From Octopus vulgaris (lineage: Eukaryota), in NCBI GenBank assembly GCA_951406725.2, contig OX597828.1, forward strand, positions 61,752,001 through 61,816,000: a DNA stretch of 64,000 nt, written 5' to 3'. The notes under the pieces are model-generated. The model worked only from the letters and a program-made list of their open reading frames with translations, was not told the DNA's origin and did no database searches. The translations under genes were made by a program, and so were the position numbers. Below, piece by piece: positions 59,085-64,000 of this stretch (within the stretch, counting starts at the first letter, position 1; each line of letters starts with the position of its first letter).

Positions 59085-60250
59085 TGATTTGTTTATTGGC
59101 CTCTAGAACCGAAACATAAATACAAAATAATATAATTCAAAGCAAAAAGACAGTGGGGACATACATTAAACGTGTTAAAAGAAAGAAATCAAGTAACAAT
59201 TGACGATAAATAAATGACAATAAAATTTCTCAATAGTGGAGCGTAGTTTAGGCATGCCACAGATCCTGAAGCCACCTTAAACACCTAGAGAATCTAAGGA
59301 TAATGGAACGTCATCTCCGAACTCTCAAGCCTGCAGGTGTATGCTCATTGTATGCCCATTCACCCTAGCTAGCAATCCTCGTTAGATTCGCCCCCTCTTA
59401 AGAAATGTACTGGGGAAGGGAAGCAACTTCTCTCTCAATTGGAAAAGTTGATGAAGGCTTAGCCGAAGTAGAAAGTATTTGTTATCAGTACTTTCAATCG
59501 CGTCCATCATAACACTTTTCTAGCTACATCCTCCAGACAGAAGTTCGGGCTAAAAAAAGTCCCGGCCAAAAGAAGGTGGTGGGACAATTTTCACGATGGA
59601 GTCGGCCGATAGCTAGATCCATCCTACACGCGATAACAGCTGTTCGACAAATGCTAGGATACTGGACGAGAGCGTATAGAACGATTTCGTCGCCCTCTGA
59701 AAGCATTTTCGTGTCTGTAGATTTTGTCTCCAACCGGCAGTACCTCCAGGTAGCACTGCCAGGCCAGAGATTTCAGGAAATCATGAAGACCTAAAGCTAC
59801 CCTGGAGCGAAAGTTCACCGGAACAGACTGCTTAATCCGTTTTTGTCGACGCCTAGAGTCTCCTCGAAAACGCAGATGCACTTGCTAGCAGCTCGTCTGC
59901 TACAGAATACTAGAGAGGAATTCCCACTGACCGCTTGACCCAGAAATGCAGCTCTGGAGATGTGGAAAGATATACCTCACAAACGATGACATGACCTGGT
60001 CACTGTTTAGGAATACCTACAAATGCCGCAGCCTTAGTGCATGTTGGTACATTAACAACCACGGTTAGCCGAGCCCTCCGCGCGAAGAGCTTGGCAGCAG
60101 ATGGAGGACCTGACCAGGGGAACCTGTCTATTCCAAAAAGAAAAAGAAAAAAAGGAAAAAGACGGACGAAATGCATCAGCATTTTGTCCAGTGTGTTAAC
60201 GGTTCTGCTAGCTCGCTGCCTTTCCGGGTTAAAAAACAACATGGACGTAC
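59085..60250 (-). mobile_element. L1/Tx1-type ORF2 3' remnant (zf-RVT region)
   Basis: Minus strand SLAWQCYLEVLPVGDKIYRH, GDEIVLYALVQYP, VARKVL*WTRLKVL; ends near an AATAAA-like signal. Confidence 0.6.
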
Positions 60251-60719
60251 ACTAAGAAGCTCTCACCACTAAACGAATTTAATCCCAAATCAGTGCAATG
60301 GAAGAGAAACTTCACTTTAGATCTACGGGAAAAGTTCTGTTAATGCAAGTACGTAAATTAATTAAAACGTATTCATGCAACTGATTATGCATACATATAC
60401 GCATTTTAATAGTTACAAGCAACATAAATAATGCTTACACGACATGCACACACGTACACACACACAAACAAAACAACACGTGTCACGAGCTAAGCAAAAC
60501 AAAACAAAAACAAATCGATTTCCCACGAACGAACACACAAAAAGGAGCAAATTAGTCACTAAACAGTCATGCTCGGAAACATATCTACTAAAAAAGAAAG
60601 AAAGAAAGAAAGATATGGATGCGAATTTCGATATGAGATTACAATATGAGAAATATATTCATTTGAAGAACTCAGAAGTGGTGTCCTGTCAAGAAGTGAA
60701 CTCTGTACAAACTGACTTG

Positions 60720-63260
60720 TTTCTTAATGTCATCGTCAATGATTTAATGACAACAAACCAAAACTCACGACAGATCAGTCATCGCCCGGGTCAACAAGGG
60801 CTGCGTCACGCAGTAAAGAACCATACTGAGATAGAAAAGTCTGCTACTGGAACAAACTCTCAAAAAGATGATCTACTAGGTAAACAGAACCAGGATAATC
60901 CTAACCCTAGACTTTACTGACGCTACCAAAACACCACCTAAAGCAAAACGCATTAAATGAACTAGAGAGGACTATAGAGGTGTTTTGAAAGCTTTTATAC
61001 TGACCAACTAAACACAAACATTAACGTCGTTGTACAAATATACATTTCACCGGGAAATGTAGCAGGCAATTAAGTACGTCGATATATACAGGATGCAAAT
61101 GAATTAAGTAATGTACGTAGAGATATCATTAAGAACAAAATATTAACTGACGCTGAAATTGACCAAATTACAACACAAAAATCTCATAGTCGATGAAATG
61201 AAAGAAGCAACAATATAGACAAAATAAGTTGCAGAAGCACAGAACCCAGTGAACGAGAAGTAAATCAACTTCCCGGCGAGGAAGCTAAACACATAACAGC
61301 GAAGGAAAGAGATGTGGAAAAAGAGGAGAACGTATACCTCCCCCACACACACCACCATCACTACCACAAAAAAGAGACATGACACAGAATTTGAGGTCTA
61401 TAATATACAAAAGTTTATGGAAGCTAAATAAGACATTACGAGAGAAAGCAAGATTGATTTTATTAATATGGTAGAGAACCACTGCCAAACTTTCCAAATA
61501 GCACAAAGAATAACGATAAAATTATGATATGTAACGTTGCTCTTTGACAGATCTGAAGAAATAAGGGAAATGATCTAACAATTTTAAATAACATCATCTA
61601 TCCTACTGCAAAAGTAATAACATCCCAACTAGGTATTAAAATTAGGAAGAAAACGACCAAACATGTCAATAAACCTCCTAAGTGGAAAGCAGCAATACAA
61701 AAAGAGATTGAGTCTCTGCAGGTGGATATATCAGCTCTCGATGAACTTGCTTGTGGAATAAATATCAAGACGAAAAAAGCTAGAAAAAACAAGCAAAAAT
61801 ATAAAATGAAACATTTTATAAACCTCCCTGCAACTAAGGAACTTTTGAAACAGAGTATACTGCTGAAAGCCCAGCGGCTTAGACGGTATGATAAAAGAAT
61901 CAAATTTTATCGAGAAAACAAAATATTCAAGACAGATGCAAAGAAATTTTATAGGGAAATTGGCAAAATTAGAAATACAGGAGCTACCTAAGATTGAGGA
62001 AGTGAAAGATTTCTGGAAGTAGAGATGGAGCAGCGAAAAAGGTTTTAATGCTGAAGCTGACTGTATAGAACGGGAGCAAGAGAGACTGGCTGAACTTGAA
62101 GAACAGAAGAAAGAAGCAATAGAAATAGAAGAGCAAGGGTGTGTTCTTAGAAAGTCTCATAAATGGAAAACCCCAGGACTGGATCGGATCCCTAACTTTT
62201 GGTTGAATTATTTGACAGAAGTACATGAAAATCTCGCTGTATGTCTGATGTCATTCAGAACCCAGAGAGAATACCTACTTGACTGAGAGAACTACCAAAA
62301 AGCGAAGACACAAAAAAGCCAAAGAATTACCGACGACCAATAACACCACTTAGAAGATCCTCACATCCATAATAACTGACAGAATGTTTTCCTTGAAGAA
62401 AACTTTATCCTTCCACAAGCTCAAAAAGTTTGTAAACCGGATGGATTTGGGTTTTGATAAGTGTGCTAAAGCAACTTTTGTAAGAGGCAAGCTCAGACAA
62501 ACAGCTTCCATTAAATTAGATATGACCACTACCATCAAGGAACTTGACCCACAAGAAAATTATAAATAGCTTGGAATAAACGAAGGAGATGATATACATC
62601 ATGCTACTATGAAATAAAAAAAATAAGGAGCACTATAAGAGAAAAAGACTTGCACTGAAGATTAAACTAAAAACCACATCGAAGCCCCGGCACTCCCATG
62701 AACATCATTAATTGGAATCCCACAGAACTCCGACGCACGGACGTTCAAGAAAATGCACCACTCTAAGGCAGACGAAGACCGTCTGTACCAACCTAAAATC
62801 AGTGGTGGGTGGAAGAATGGTGCGTGTAGAAATGTGCTATAAGACCTCTACTATAGGAATGAGCAGGTACTTATCTAGTACAGAGTACTGGATGCTGCGA
62901 CATGTGTGCGAACATGTAAGCAGCAAAAAGTCATACTTTATTGTCAAAAAAGCTTATAAATTCGAAAGAGAACTTGGCATTAACCCTGAATTAGATGAGG
63001 AGCCTGAAACCACCACTTCCAAGCAAGCAAAACGAATCAAACAGACTGCAAAATAGAACGGGCAGAAACAAATTGAGAAGTGGTGAAGCCAGAGGACACT
63101 GCATGGACAATACATCTTCCGAAGCCAAGATGCTGAAGTAGACAAAGTAACAAACCATCAGCGGCTGAGGAGTGCAGGAATGAAAGCAAAGACTGGAGGC
63201 TTTATACTGGTAGCACAAGAGTCAAAGCTTACTTAATAAAAATTACCAGGCTAACGTTCT
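60720..63260 (+). mobile_element. Degenerate, internally deleted R4/Dong-type LINE including the N-terminal region
   Basis: KRIK*TREDY, LKAQRLRRYDKRIKFYRENKIFKTDAKKFYREIG, WKTPGLDRIPNFWL, MDLGFDKCAKATF, GFILVAQE. Confidence 0.85.
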
Positions 63261-63902
63261 CCTACGTTAAAATATATTTTATCTTTAATTTGTTTCAGTC
63301 AGTAGACTGCAGTTATGCTGGGACAACTAACACCGCTGAATGCCTGAAGTAAATCCAACGGAAATATACCCAAACTGCCGAGGACACCAAGTAGCCCAAA
63401 GAGTGCAAGTGCTTTACTCAACACATCAGCCTGAGGCTATAGCAGAAAACACTTGCCCAAGTGCCACACGGTGGGACTGAACCCGGATCCATGTAGTTGG
63501 GAAGCAAGCCACGCCAGCGCCAACGATAAGTTCTTTGAATTATTTAACGATTGATCAATCAATAAAATGCACCATCATTGTATATGATATTTGATGAGTG
63601 CTTAAATTGGTGTTAGTCAACCCTTACTATAATAATAAAAAAAAAATGATAACGTAGACAACAAGTATTTAAAGAAATGACCCATTACATTTGTGGGTGG
63701 GGGAGTGACACCGTCAGTGATGTGTTTGCTGATAGGTATCATTACAGTTCTAGGAGGAACTGGTGGAGGGAAAACGAGGAGGTCAATGTAAACGATAAGA
63801 AAAGAAACGTGTGAAAGGAAGGGATGGTTGTAGTAGGGGAAGGACGAATATAAACAGGGGGGGGGGCAGATAAAATAGTTTGAAAGGGCAAACAATGAAG
63901 TG

Positions 63903-63904
<2 letters not shown>

Positions 63905-63967
<63 letters not shown>

Positions 63968-63968
63968 T

Positions 63969-64000
<32 letters not shown>
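63905..64000 (+). repeat. (AGT)n microsatellite
   Basis: Read directly from the sequence. Confidence 0.97.

Noticed and set aside
60444-60920. 158-aa plus-strand ORF as a novel protein
   Set aside because: The start is low complexity and the ORF runs into the decayed 5' region of the R4/Dong element; no independent coding signal.

Overview
AT-rich, microsatellite-dense eukaryotic DNA made up almost entirely of transposable elements. The repeat content (tRNA-derived SINEs, AAT-targeting R4/Dong LINEs, very long TA/TAA/CATA tracts) most resembles an octopus/cephalopod genome; this is inference only. No host gene is confidently identified. Main contents: (i) stacked, strand-specific R4/Dong-type RT+RLE retrotransposons inside (AAT)n tracts, including a nearly intact 3.3-kb copy at 4313-7600; (ii) a complete Tc1 element with 224-bp IR/DR terminal repeats and an uninterrupted DD34E transposase ORF (12468-14084); (iii) a full-length but frameshifted mariner, plus maT, CR1, CRE, L1/Tx1 and Helitron relics; (iv) a recurring set of Penelope-like or retrozyme-like units. 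These show short terminal redundancy, inverted 5' copies and minimal type-I hammerhead ribozyme motifs with palindromic stem III. Two unrelated units carry the compensatory U3:A8 core (UUGAAAA), and one unit joins a tRNA-like Pol III head to a hammerhead 3' half. Most short ORFs in the track are microsatellite artefacts.
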